Assembly (NCBI GenBank): GCA_008632985.1
Contig: QPGO01000090.1
Location: forward strand, 248,001 to 312,000
Reading direction: 5' to 3'
Length of the DNA: 64,000 bases
From: Psammoneis japonica
Lineage: Eukaryota
Shown piece by piece: positions 36,640 through 49,906 of this stretch (within the stretch, counting starts at the first letter, position 1; every line of letters starts with the position of its first letter). The position numbers were made by a program, and so were the translations under genes. The notes beneath the pieces were generated by a model. It was not told the DNA's origin. It was given only the letters and a program-made list of their open reading frames with translations, and made no database searches.

Positions 36640-37590
36640 TCCACATGAAACAGTCATGTTGGAAAAAACGCGTTGAACAACAAGTGCATTTGTGCGATGT
36701 GCTGTTTTGGTGGCAAATTGGAAAAAAAGAGTGTCTGTGCACCTCACTGCAGCCCCAAAAATGGCATGAGCCATCAAACACAATGGTCATCCGTGTCACT
36801 GGTGCAGTGGCCACGCCACATTGCCGCTGCAACCCCGGTGGTGTGGTGGTGCAGCAGGGCCCTGCGCACTGTGCACACCGCACAGGCAATGCAGCATGCA
36901 ACAGCACACACCCACACCCACAAAGAAAGACAAGTGGTCAATGCTCCTCATAGGCCTGGTTCATTGACCACTCAGTGGTTGGTGATTGCAGACTTTTTCA
37001 TGTTGGTTGGGCAGTCGGGGGGTTGGGCAGTTGGTTCGTCTGGATTTGAGAGTGTGTCCCTTGGATTTTGGAACAGCATGGGTTGTTCAGTGCAAATGAG
37101 TTGTTGCTTGGATTTGTGGAATGAACATTGAGGACATTGGAGGTTGTGGTGACATCCTAAAAAATTGACAAATTTCCTGTGACGGGTGCATGGAACGGTT
37201 TTTCAGGAGAGCTTGAAAGTGCTGCAAAATTGGGATTGCCGGCGTGGCATGTTGAAAAATGCACTGAGCTTTGAACAAATGGAGTTTGTCATGAATTGTG
37301 CGTGAAACAGTCACATTGAAAAACAATGTTGAACAACAAGTGCATTTGTGTGATGCGCTGTTTTGGCAACAAATTGGGAAAAAAAGAGTGTGTCCGTGCA
37401 CCTCACCACAGCCCCAAAAATGGCATGAGCCATCACATGTGACAGTCATCCACGTCACCAGTGTGGTCCCCCCGGCAGTGCAGCAGGGCTCTGTGCACTG
37501 TGCGCACCATGCAGGCAATGCAGCGCGCAATGGCACACACCCACACCCACAAAGAAAGACTGGTGGTCAATGCTCCCTGCAGGCCTGGTT
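36640..37590 (+). repeat. Two ~300-bp direct repeats (~36640-36960 and ~37300-37590)
   Basis: Shared GAAACAGTCA...GTTGAACAACAAGTGCATTTGTG...CAGCCCCAAAAATGGCATGAGCCATCA...CACCCACAAAGAAAGAC. Confidence 0.85.
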
Positions 37591-40500
37591 TTGTTTTGAG
37601 GTCAAGAGAGGCAAGGTGCTTGGCTTTTTGCTTTTGAACCATGAGCCGAGCCACAAACCGCAAGTTGCACTCTCTGTTGCCCTCTCTGCTGCTAGAGTCT
37701 CTCTGCTGCCAGAGCTCTGGCATGCAGTGGCTGCTCTCTCTGACTCCAGCAGATGCTGCACAGTGGACAGAGTGGTGCCAGCACAGAGAGGCCTCCAGCA
37801 GCTGGGGCCCTGCTCTGGTCAGTGGCTCCACCAGCAGAGCACCACACCACAGTGCTGGCCACAGCAGAGCATGAGTCATCAGTCGTCAGCACCATTCGCA
37901 ATCCACAAAAAATCACCAAAACTCCCCCCACTGTTGTGCCACAGCAATCTCTGGAATTGTGCATTGCAGGAAAGGTTGAGGGGGGGGGGGGGGGGGGGGG
38001 CATTTTTAACATGCTTTGCATGAGGCAACACACCACCACATTTTGAGTCTTCTTGCTCTCTCAACACAGCACACTGCACTCTGCTGCCACTGCACAAGGT
38101 GAGCACATGTGCTTGGAAATGTTGTGAGTGCCTGGCTCTCTCTGACCAACATCCCTTCTGATGCTGGTGCCTCATGCAACATTCTTCAAACCCTTTCTTT
38201 TGGGAAAAAGAAGCAGTGCATTGGCAGGCTGAAGACAGCAGGCACCAAGCTCAAAGAAAGACTTGCCCAAGCCACAAGGGGAAGCAGCTGGGAGGCCCCA
38301 AATGGTGGCAAGAAGAAAGCCAGCAACAACATTGCAGCTGAGGATGTTTTTTTATGATGACCCAATGCTGTCATCAAGGACAGCAATTGCAGCTGGAAAT
38401 GCGGGAAAAATGCAGAACTCTCCATCAGTCCAAGTTTGGCTTTGCCAAGGGATTCCCCAAAATTTTTGGGAGTTGCCACCTTTTGCCATGCTCTTTTGCA
38501 GGGAGCATGAGTTCCTGGAGAATCACCACAAATGCTGCTTTGTCATGTGTGTGCTGTGGAAATGAACTCAAATTCAGGCAGTGGGAATTCCCTGCATTTC
38601 TCCTGCATCTTAACCATGAGCCTGGGTCATGTGAAAGTCACACGCAGGTTGTCACACTGTGGTGAACTGCATTGTCCCCCGTCAGTGCCACAGCCTCACA
38701 CCATCCAACAACTGTTGTGTTGAGCTTGTTCCAAAAACATGTCACAGCAACAGGAGGGAAAAGGTTGGTGGTCAATTTTGAAATTTTATTGTGAGCATTG
38801 AGAAATCTAATGCTGAACATGCCATGCTGCAAGTTCAGAAACAATTGCACAATTTCTTGCCCAAAGCAGGGCTGCTGATTTTGGCACTTTGAGCAGATGC
38901 CCATTCCACATAGAATGTGGCATTCAAAATCTCATGTCAGTTGTCCCAGTCATTTCATCAACTCACCCTTGTGTGGCAGTGGGCCATGTGATCTGTGCAA
39001 GTTGAACATTTTTGACTTCTGGCACATTTTCTGCAGGCGCTGCATGCGCGAAGCTCAAATTGTGTGCCCAAAGCAACAGCTGCACCTTTGTGCTGGAAAT
39101 CATGCAATTGTTCCCAAATTTGCAGCACCGTCATCTGTTGCAATGATGCCAATGGAAAAGAGCAACAGCATTGGATGCAGCAAAGGCAGTGCCAGGTGAC
39201 ACAGACCTGAAAACACAAATGTTCCATTTTCCCTCCCTTTTCACCTGTGCGCAAATGAAAGATCTCATCATGCTGGCCAGGAAACAGCTTGCACAACTTC
39301 AAATTTCCATGTTGTCATTTCTTCCCCTCAAAAATTTCCTCACTGATGACATGATGCTCAGGACACCAACAGGGAGATTGGCACATCACTCACTCTTTCA
39401 AATTGACCACATGGCACCACCTTGCAAGCTCTCCTTAAAACACAGGAAAGTGCAAAAAGTCGCTCAAAGAAGAGGAAAGCAATGTTTGCAGTGTGTGTGC
39501 AAAGTTGACAAAGCTTTCAACAGCAGGAAAGACCTCATTGTGGCATTTGGTGCCAAGCAACTCTTTCAACAGATTTTTGTTTTGAAAGACAAGAGCCAAA
39601 AAAAATTGTCAAAAAACATGAGCACAGCTTTCAGTGCACCAGGCCAACACTCACAACGGCAATTTTTTTCTTCTCAGTTGTTTTTTTTTCTGCCAAACGT
39701 CCATTTTTTCTGCCAGCCCTGCCACTGAGATGGTGGGCACATGACATGCGCAAAGTGGCAGAGCCATGCAAACTTGACAAGCATGACTCAGATTCAGTGC
39801 CAACTTGCTGTTGGTGCGCTGCAGCTGGAAACCATGGAAACCACCTCACCATGGCAACTCTGTGGTCCCTGTTTTCTCAACGGCATCACCTTCAAGAGCC
39901 GCAACAATTGATGATGTGTTGCTTGCATCTTGTGAACTTGTGTGTGGCAGAGTTGACATGTGGGAGTGCAACAGGCTCATTGTCAACTTTTGTTGTCAAA
40001 AAGTTTCACTGCAACCAATCAGCTTCAAAGCATGACAAGGTGTGCACATGTGAAATCAACTGTGAGCTGTCAAGACATGTCAGCGTTATGGTGAGTTGTG
40101 AGTTTGTGGCTCTGTTGGTGGAGCACATTGCATTCGCGGTCACCATTGTCATTGCATTTTGACAAGTCATGGAAAATTTGAAATGTCCAACACTTGTGTT
40201 GGCAGGCATGTGATTGAACACAGGTTCTTCACATGGTGCAGTGCTTGACACACAGAGCACATCCAATTTTCACAAGCAATCATGGGCTCATTTCATCAAC
40301 ATGTGGTGCATCAGCACAGATTGTCAAATGCAAAATGTGCTGACATCAACATGCAAACATTGAGCTTGCCACCAACAAACAAAACAGTGGACACTTGGCA
40401 AAAAAATGGGTGTTTTTTGTCTGTCAATGGAAGGCATCATTGCCGAACAAGCTGAGCATGGCATTGAAGCCAACGACAACACAGAAGCAAGAGAGATTTT

Positions 40501-42247
40501 CTGCACTGTGCTACGAGAGCTGCTTCTCCAAGCAACATGTGTGCCCTGCAGCTCATGGGGGCACCGCTGCTCCTTCTCTTCTTTGTGCAAGAAAGCCATG
40601 AGGACCTCATCTGGATCATGTGCCAAGATGCTGCCAGTCTGGAGAGTTCTTGGCCTGGGAGCACCATGTGGCAATGCCCTCCTCTCAACATGCCCACCAA
40701 AAAGCACAAATCCAGGGGGGTCCAGTGCTGTGCTGTTGTCATGTTGCCCCCCCCTTCCTTGCTCTTGTGCAGCCAGTGCTTGTGGCTCACATGCCTGGGG
40801 GGAACAAAAAATCTGAGCTCTGCAACTGAGATGTCACACACATGGAAATCACAGCTGAGTGCTTTTTTCTTTTTTCTCAGCATCCTATGAATGACTTGAG
40901 CCAAGGCACTGGCTCTGACCACCAAAGTACATCCCACACGTGTGCACAAGTCAACCAACAAGTGTGGGTCGACCGCCTGGTGCGCGACATTCGGGAGTGA
41001 TTGATCACACTGAGGGTGATGTGCTCTTAAATTTGATACGTCTGTACGTCGTCTCACGGATCGTGGGGTCTTCGATGCGCGCACCCAGCACTTAGACTGC
41101 TTACTCACTGGCTATTGGCGATGGCAAATCCAAAATCCAAGTTCACGATGATGACAAAGAGTTGGAGAGGTCGTCATCAGCGATGAAATTGGCACTGAGC
41201 ATGGGGTAGATATTGTGAGTGACTCTTCTCTAGCACCTGCCATGTGATCGATTAATTTCTGCAAGTGATGTTGAAACAAAATACGCCGTTTACCTGTCGG
41301 ACTTGCGATGAGGCTGACATACCTCAATCGATGTCGAGAAGATTTTGAATTCAATGACTGATGCTGTTGTTTCATTTGATCGAGCTTTGTATCCATATAC
41401 TCGAATCAATTGTTTGCTCACGCTATGTGCTCTTTTATCGATAATGTTCTTTTTGATGCTGTTCGACCAAAGGTATAAGGTATGTTACTTGCATCCCACA
41501 TCCTTGGGTTACGAGCACGAGTTCATTTGTTTTGACTGTGAAGATCCAATTCGATCGTGACGTTACCCATTGTGTGGCAGTGGTCGATAATCAATATCAG
41601 TCTTTAAAGTTCTCTGAGTCTACAAAATGAGCATGCAATCGCAGGATGAAAATGCAATGTGCTTAAGCATTTCTCTCTAGCTAGAGACTTACGCGTTTGT
41701 TCCTCCTTTTTGTACCGATTCTTCTTCTCTCACTGTAGAGACATAATCCTGGCGTCGCCGTTGAGGGCAAACCTGGTAAGACTCGTTTTAGTTTGCTCTA
41801 GTAGATTGTTTCAGAACCCTACAAACTTGGCTATCGCATAGACTTTTTGGTCCATAATGTGACGGTTTGATCATGTCGGGAAGAGTAGTTCCTTGCCATT
41901 CTCTCCGAGTGCGGAGTCAGATACACTGTTGACGCATTAGCACTATCATAGAAAGGCAAACACCCAAACTTCTGAATGAAGCAATGATGGTTTCACATCT
42001 TTGACCGACTCACACTCTTTTCATTTCGTTTGACGGATAAAGTTGAAAACATGGAATGATGGACGTTTGACCGTGCAACTTTGACGTGAGAAAGGATGTG
42101 TTGAAAGATTGCTTTCTCACATTATTCGTACGTGGAACCAGTGCGGTTTTTGGTGCAGCCTTTTCCACTGTGCGATTGCAAGCGAGCGGCGCAATTTTCG
42201 GCGACGATACAAGTATGAACACCGAGCAACACTGCCTCACTGCAAAC

Positions 42248-42600
42248 ATGACCAAAAACCACGACCATATTCTCGAGATTAACGTGGGTGGCAGGATGTT
42301 TAGTTGCCGTTTTCGACGCTCTGTGGCAATCCCAAGTAGGCCCTTGCCATGATGATTGAAGCGGATTCAACAATTGGTGTTGTTGCCATGGATGCGTGTG
42401 GCCTTTCTTTTATTTTTCATACCGCGATTCCGACAGTTTTGCAGGGATTCCTTCCTTTTCACGTCGCGGTGGACGACTTGTTGGCGCTACAAGCATAACC
42501 TGTTGATGAGCATTGAAAGCTTCTTGATGAAGCAGAGTAGCTTGGGTTGCAACGTCTAAGTCGGCGAGCGTATCGAGCAGAAGCAAAAAAAGCGAAGCAA
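42248..42600 (+). pseudogene. BTB/POZ (KCTD/T1-type) domain pseudogene
   Basis: ILEINVGGRMF, RDSDSF, LLDEAE*LGLQ in shifting frames, with stops. Confidence 0.6.
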
Positions 42601-43053
42601 GAGGAAGAGGGGGCGCAATCTCATAATTGCAGCACTGCGTTGTGTGGCGTTACGAGTGCGCCGAACTCTGCTCGCCGCTGAATTCGTCAGGAACTAGGAA
42701 ATTTGATAAGTTTTTGAAAGGAAACCTGAGGAGGGTTCTGTCTCTAGAGTAGAGGGTTACGTATACCGGAGCCTGGTGACGCGCTGAAATCCAATCGCTT
42801 CAACAATAACGATGAAGTATTAAAGGTACCATCCGACATTTGTGCTACAGACACATGATATCTCGCATACGCCGTAGTAATAATTCGAGCAACCTCACAA
42901 TCATGTGGGCTGTACTCGTACGGTATGCGATGCGGAACTAGGCAAGAGTCCTTGCAACATCTTGTCGCGAATAAGAAAAGTGAGCCCTACCGTACAACCT
43001 GTTTCTCAAGCCACTGGAGCGCGGTTCCTGTTCAATACCTATGACGTCGGAAA

Positions 43054-43773
43054 TCACCGCAAAGGAGTTTCACATAAGAAGGCTTTTCGAGGACTTCTGC
43101 CACTACTTTCGTTGATTTCACTCAGCAACCGCTCGCTTTCATGTTCTGCACGATTGGCTGCTGCCAGGTCAGGCCACTGAGACTCACAAAAGTCTCTCCA
43201 AATCTCCACGGCCACATCTGGCGAAGCCGTATGGTGTTCATACTGCTCCTTGGAACACACGTGCTCGTCTTTCTCTAGACACTCCTTTGCCCATAGAGGA
43301 GACCGTCCCCACTCATCTTCAGCACAAACATGAGCGGGCGATGGTTCAAGAATGATGTCCTCTGTCCATAAACAAAGAGGTCTCTTTTCTAGAAGCTCAG
43401 GTTTCTCGGCGAGACAGTCTAACGTATGCAAGACTCGACCGCACGGAGCTCCGGCTCGTCTCTCCTTTTGAAGAGGCCACCCAACGACCAAACACGCCAC
43501 GTTATTCTCCTTTACTACCGTATGAATCTCATCTACGATAGCCTTATCGAGCTTTCGCCGGTTGTTGCGAGTCTCGTACTTCATTTGAATCGCTTCCAGC
43601 TTGATGGGTGGAGACACTTCTCTTCGAGACGGATGAGGTGCCAGAGCCATGCCAATACGGTCGCTGCCAATGTCGAGCGATAGCGCGTATCCCCCAAGAT
43701 GTTTCCAGTCTAGAGCATTGGCAACTCTGGATGGTGTCGTTATGAACGTTGTCAATTTGCTTACCGTTCTCAT
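43054..43773 (-). CDS. YqgF/RuvX-like RNase H-fold protein
   Basis: LSLDIGSDRIGMALA and LVVGWPL...GAPCGRVL motifs. Confidence 0.75.
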   Translation of the reverse strand: MRTVSKLTTFITTPSRVANALDWKHLGGYALSLDIGSDRIGMALAPHPSRREVSPPIKLEAIQMKYETRNNRRKLDKAIVDEIHTVVKENNVACLVVGWPLQKERRAGAPCGRVLHTLDCLAEKPELLEKRPLCLWTEDIILEPSPAHVCAEDEWGRSPLWAKECLEKDEHVCSKEQYEHHTASPDVAVEIWRDFCESQWPDLAAANRAEHESERLLSEINESSGRSPRKAFLCETPLR

Positions 43774-44240
43774 GGTGTCTTTTTCTTCTGCGTTGCATGT
43801 GGGAACAAGAAGAGACGAAACAAACAGAAGGCCCGAACGAGAATTTTGTGACCGAATTTTTTGAATTCGCGCGGTGTTCGGTTTCTGGCCACACGTCTGA
43901 TGTCACGAATGTCACAGAACGTGCGACAGCTTGTCAGTCTGATGTGGTGTGTGGTGCATGACTGACTAAAAATGACGTGTCAACCACGTTTGTCTGTGCA
44001 CTGTGCACCCATGCCGACAAACAAATGAAAATGGGTTATCAGCCATTGAATTGGGAAGCACCGTTTTGTTTCCAAAATCGATGCTTCTTTCATCTTCTGC
44101 ATTGTCAATTGACATGCTTTGTGCCTCTGGGGGTGTCAGATTCATGGTTCTGAAGAATGCCATCACTTTGTCACAAGAAGGGCGGCCTTTTTTCTCTCCA
44201 AGAGGAGGACAGACTGGCTGTCAGCAGAGCTGGGGGCTGT

Positions 44241-44516
44241 TGACAGAAATTGAAGGCAAATGGCAAGAATTCAAACAATGACTCCTTACTGCTGTCTAAA
44301 TGGCAGATGAGTCTCCGCTCAGAGACCGTTGCAGGAGCCGAAAGACGTGTGAGTCGGTGCAATCGGGCTACTGTCATTGTTCTTGTGAGCCTTGTGGCTC
44401 GAAAGCAAACTGCATCGCGCGTGAACGCGCGGAGCTAAAGCACACAAAACTGTGCGCGGTAAACTAAACAGCGCGCGACACTTCGCGCGCATCCAAATCC
44501 TGTTCAAATCCTGTCA
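44241..44516 (-). repeat. 3' LTR (TpA-converted copy)
   Basis: TGACAG...CTGTCA; 11 transition differences from the 5' LTR. Confidence 0.95.
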
Positions 44517-47500
44517 CTCCCCAGTTTGCTTGAGGAGCCACAGAAACAGATTCGACTTCGGATGGAATGAAGTTCCAGAACATGAGGGGGCGGAGAAGGT
44601 CCCAGATTTGGGAGTGACCCCAATGCTTGCTGAGAATGTCAGCAGGGTTGCGGGAGCCTTCGATGAAGTGGAACTCAAGGTAACCAGAGGCAATTGCCTC
44701 ACGCACACGGTGGAACGACAGTGCGGTGTGTCGCTTGTGTAACTTGGAGTGCGGGATGGTGGCACTGTCTACAACCGACTTGTTGTCACCGAACATGCAA
44801 CTGACATTGCGGATCGGGACGCCAAGGCAGCGCAGGGTGATGCGCAGGTCAACAATCTGCTCAACACAATTCCTTGCGGCAACAAATTCAGATCCGCAGG
44901 TTGCAGTTTCCACGGTGGCTTGTTTCTTGGAGAACCAATCAGCCGGGAATTTGTTGAGGAAGTGGAGCATTCCCATGACAGAGCGTCCGGTGAGCATGCA
45001 ATGGTGCAAGTTTGCGTCGACGCAGTGGGTGGCAGTGACGAACTTGCCAAGGGGCAGTGGAGCGTCCTTCGGGATCATCTCTTCTGCTTCACCATGCATG
45101 GAATGCATCCATTCATGGGCCGGAGCAGGGAGATCCGAACAGTCAGGCTCTTCCGTGCGAACGCGGAGAGCACCGTGTCGCATCTTGGAGAGGCACCCAC
45201 ACACGCGTTTGGCACGATCCAAGTGGCCTTGACGGGGTGCAGCTCGGAAGCTAGAGAGTGACATGACAGCCGTGGCAATGTCAATTCGACCAAGGGACAC
45301 TGCCCATTGGAGTGAACCAACAAGAGACTGGAACTTGTGAATGCCATCGGGTCCCAGCAGTTCGGAAGTGTCCAGTTCGGGGTGGTCACCCTTCTCTAGA
45401 GGTGACAGGGCGTTGGTGGCAGGTTTCTCCCCAAACAGTCGGGCGCAGCTGTCGACCATGCGCTCGATGTACTTGCGCGGAGACAGGCACAAGGTTCCGT
45501 CGGGGTCCCGGGAAAAGTCGCAACCCAGATGGAACTCAATGGGTCCCACACCCTTGAGCTTGAACTTGCACTTTTCCGTGAGAGCATCGACGAAAGATTG
45601 GGGGTCCTTCATGGCAATGGCGAGGTCATCCACATAAACGGCAATGCATTCACAGTGGTCGCCGTTCCTGCGCATCCAAATGTCGGGTTCGGCGCGGCAG
45701 GGGAAGAAGCCTTCAGCTCGCAGGCAGTCGGCGAAGCGCTCGTGCCAGCGGAGACCGGAGCTGCGCAGTCCACACAGTGCCTTGTGGATGACAAGGATGT
45801 GTCCTTCGAGTTTGCCAAATTCGGGTCCAGCTGCAATGTAAAGCTTCTCCTTGGTGGTGGCTTCAAGGCAGGCATTGCCAATGTCGGTGGCCCATGTCTC
45901 CAGCTCGTTGAGTTCGGCCAGGAAAATCATCAGCCGAAGGCCACGGAGGGAGACTGCTCCGGAGTAGACACTGTCGACAGGTACGTCCGTGAGGTGCCCG
46001 TCGGCTACGAGTCGTGCCTTGTGGCGACCGTCGTGTTTCACGTCGTACACCAGGTGCACTCGGATCTTCTTGTGTCCCGCAGGAGGAGTGGAAGACTTGA
46101 AGGGCCCGCAGTCATGGAAGACTTCGTATTCGTCGAGTTGGTCCATCTCGAGATTAGTTGCGTCTCCCCACTTGCGGTTGCCGTTGCGTTTGTCTAGTGA
46201 CATGGCGTGTTTGTAGTTCCGGGGAACTTCGCATCCGTACTTGCAGCGAGGTGCAGTGCGGAAGGAGCGAAGCTTGGCTTGGTTGGCCATGCGAAATAGC
46301 TTCTTTTGGCGCCTTGCGATAGTGCGGAACCGCTTCCAGCCATCCGTGTCGAGGAGTCCGTTCTCTCGTGCATAGATGGCACAGGTGACGGGGTCGTCCT
46401 TGGCGATGATGGCAAGAGGCTCGGACGTGATCTCCCCACTTTCCCATTCAAGCATGATGTTGTAGCTTGAGCCTTTCCAGGTTGGGTCGTGAGGCTTCAG
46501 AGGTCCTTCGTGTGATGCGATGCGTCGAAATTTCCAAATGGTGGTGTCTTCGTCTTCTTGCTCAATGTGATTCATGATGTCATTGTAGGCAAGGACTTCC
46601 TCGTGTTCATCATTGTTGACAGAGCAGACGAACTCAGTGAGCTCGGGATTGCCGTTCACTTTCCATTCGTGGTCTTCGACGGCCTTGACGATGCGAGCTC
46701 TGTGGCGTTGTCCGTCCTCTTGTGGCTGCATGAGGAAGGTACGTCCAATGATGTCTTGCGGATCGAAAACTGGCATCTTGGGTGTCCTGATCTCCCCATC
46801 AGGAGAATCGACGGGGTTGTCGTCATGGCGAGATTTGATGATGGGTTCAGGTGGCTCCCCATCAGGAGGATCAAGACGCAGGTTTCGAACGGCAGGATCG
46901 GGGGTGGCGGAGTGAACGTTGGACCGGTGGAGGATGTTCTGAGTCTCGTCAGATAGGATCTTGAAGGTCATCTGGTGGCCGACGTGCTCAGCAATGCCAA
47001 CAAAGCGTCCACGCAACTCACGGGATTCGGGCGGCCAATCGGAGTCATCGAGGTGGAAGCACACTGGTTCCCACCAGTGAAAGCGAAGCAATGGGCTGAT
47101 GTCCGGGGTGGATCCAGTGAGAGTCTCGAGGGGCGTGCGCCAGTGGAGACGTGGGGACGCTGTGTGGTTGAGCATGAAGCACACGCACATGAGCGCCAGC
47201 AGTGCCGCAGACGTCGGTGACGGTAGACTCGGTGCCAACAAACAGTTGGGCGCTGGTGCAACCAGAGTCGACGGCCGGGGTGTCGGCGCAAACGGTGTCA
47301 GTGGCGACAGGCTCGTTGCGGCGGTGCACATTAAGGGCGGGGTTGGGTGATTTGCAGGCCTTGCGAAGGTGTGCACCGGCGGGCATGCGGGCGCACTGCG
47401 TGGTGCAGTCAAAAGTGCGACGGACCGCATCGACAGGCAGGAAGCCAAAGCAAGGCCGAAGAGACTCGAAGGGGGGGTCCTTGGGCTGCACAGTGCGCTC

Positions 47501-49906
47501 CGGAGGTGGAACGTCATCGCCATTGGGGTCAATCGCATGCAGATGACACTCGCAGAACACGTCGTCGTTCGGAATGAGGTGATCATCGAGGGCGGATGCG
47601 TGATCGGCAGACAAGGAAGCGGACAAGATGGTCTCGTTGACAACGACACGGTGACGGCAGTTGCCGCATTCGTCAAACAGGTTGGCAGTGGGATCGTCCT
47701 GCAGGTCAGAGATCGCGTCGCACCACTGGTCGTCGTCAGTGACAGAGTGATCGAGGACGGAAGGGTCCCATGTGTCATCACCGGTGAGGATGACATGGGG
47801 CAGGGTGTCCCATTCGGCGTCAGTGTAAGGTCGCATGGCAACACAAGGCAGGCCAGCCTTGATGTCAATGGGGATGACACAGCCATCAGGAGTGGCAATG
47901 CGTTGCAAGCCGTTGGGCACCTTGACAGAGCGATCGTTGACATCCTGTTTGTGCCATTCGAGCTGGCCGCAGGAATGGATGGTCTTGCCCTTTCCCGTGC
48001 ATGCGCACTGATGGAGGATGGCGATGACGGGACCACGCTGGGTCTCAATGACGGCACCAGCGGTGACAATGGGGATGTCCACCAATTGATGATCGTCAAT
48101 GCCCTGAACGTCGACTTGGCGAGAGGTGCGTGCAATGACGTGAACGTCGTCGCCAGCAATGCCGCCGTTGGCCCCACGATCGACTGGAGCGCCAGTGCGT
48201 GTGGAGCGATGAGCAGAGGCAGAGCAAATGACATTGTGGTTGTTGACGCGGCGGCAAGTGCGGCCGTTGAGTTCTGTGTCATCTGCAGGAGCTGGTGGGG
48301 CAGAGGAAGTGGCGGATGGCCCCGGTCGACTGGCATTGGGGGCTTGGTTAGGTGACAACAGACGTTGCAGATCACCGGGTGGCAGTGGCTTGCGCTTGGT
48401 GAGGTGCGCCAGGATGGGATTATCCGAAGTGGCGTCCACATGTGTGGCGGAGTCACCACAGTCAGCAGGAGTCGTGTTGGACAAGTTGACATCACCGTCA
48501 CTCCCAGGGTGTTGGTCGTGAAGGTTGGCCGTAACAGACTCATGGCAGTTGCTGGCTCGCGGGTTGCGGGGAGGCGGACGAGAGTGCTCAAGGATGATCG
48601 CCTTGGAGGAATCGGGCAACGAATCCCAGAGCCGTTGGTGGTCGGGAGGGAGACGTCTCCATTGGACACCGGTGAGGCTGGGACCGCGGGTGCAGGCAGC
48701 ATTGGCTTGAAGGACGTCAACGTCGCTGTCAATGTCGTAGAACACATCGTCGGACGGTTCCTCGGAGCAAACGTCGTGTGCGCATGTGGCGCGTCGGGGA
48801 GCTCAAGGTGTCGTCTTGGGTTGAAACGTGCTGTCGTGCTGAGCTGCCGCAGAGAGGAGCAAGCCACAGCATTGATCGCATGTGAGGCTCTTGCCACTCT
48901 GCGCACGATGCTGATCAGCTTGGTTCTTGACAGCACGGAGTTCCTCGACAGGGTGCATGGCATTCTCGAGCATGACGCGCTTCTGTCCTTCAGAGAAGTG
49001 GTCGCTGGCGGGGATGAGTGCCTCGCACTTGCGCAACTGATCTTGCCAATGAAGGATGAACCCGTGGGTCGGACCTTTCCAAGTGCCATCACCAAGACGT
49101 GCGGTGGTGAGGTGCGTGAGCAGGGTGGAGGACTCGATGGATGCACGGGTGGAGGCAAGCGCGCACTCAGACAAGGAGCGGCAGACGGTCTGTGCGTCAG
49201 AAGACCCCACATTTTCGCGAATGAGAGCCTTGCCCTTGTCGGTGAGAAGGATGCGTTCGAAGACGGCGAACATGTGCTTTTGCTGTTCAGCAAAGAGCAG
49301 TTTGTCTTCAGGGCTGGTCGGTTTGTACGACGAGTCTAGAACGCACTCGACGTCTTGGGCACGGGCTTGTGCCACAAGTGAGGTGTGCCAAGTGTGCCAC
49401 TGCTTGTCGGATTTGAGAGCCGTGAAAGCGGTGGGATCACGCTTGATGCCTCGCTTGAAGTCTCGCACCGGGTCGCGTGCCTTGGTCAGGTTGGTGACAT
49501 GTGGAGGTGCAAGGGGTGAGCTGCCGATGGACACAGAGGACATGCAGTCCGGGCTGAGGCGGCAGGCAAGGAACTCGTCATGCGTGAACAAAGAGGAGTC
49601 GTTGGCAACGTCAAGGCCTTTGTGTGCTTTGACAATGCACAGGCTAACTGGCGCTGCTAACATGTTCTCATAACCACGGGGCAAAGGGATTGCATTGGTG
49701 CCGTTGTCGCACTCAAGCGAGTCGATTTGGGACGGCATGAACGTGAACAGTTCCTGATGCGAGTCCGTGCCGTCTTGGGCCAAAGCCAAACGAAGAGGAC
49801 TCCCAGCACCTTGGGCAAGCACGGTTCCAACAACGTGCTCGAAACCATCGGTTTGTTGCTGACGAGTGAGAACCATGGCAGACAAAAGTGGTGTCAGCAC
49901 AATCAA
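44464..49906 (-). pseudogene. gag-pol polyprotein remnant (gag 48803-49906; PR/IN N-part 47045-48745; IN C-part, RT and RNase H 44464-~47200)
   Basis: FKRGIKRDP (gag), VDRGANGGIAG (protease), RHKARLVADGH, AVYVDDL, WFSKKQATVE, NPADILSKHWG; frameshifts and an integrase-core deletion. Confidence 0.93.

Larger units (their letters stand above)
35260..40880. other. TpA- and CpG-depleted hypermutated domain 2
   Basis: TA nearly absent; survivors mostly TTAA/CTAA/CTAG. Includes a ~21-nt G run near 37980-38000. Confidence 0.88.

Noticed and set aside
38100..40300. Possible transposase remnant
   Set aside because: Looks like decayed coding sequence, but I could not find a diagnostic motif.
47200..49293. 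N-terminal part of the 1609-aa ORF as real polyprotein
   Set aside because: Off-frame Pro/Ser/Thr-rich read-through; the true gag/protease sequence is in the 48803-49906 and 47045-48745 frames.
44560..49906. Alternative genetic code or ADAR RNA editing of the element
   Set aside because: Neighbouring genes use the standard code. Both A->G and T->C occur on one strand, in only one LTR, and in non-retro sequence.
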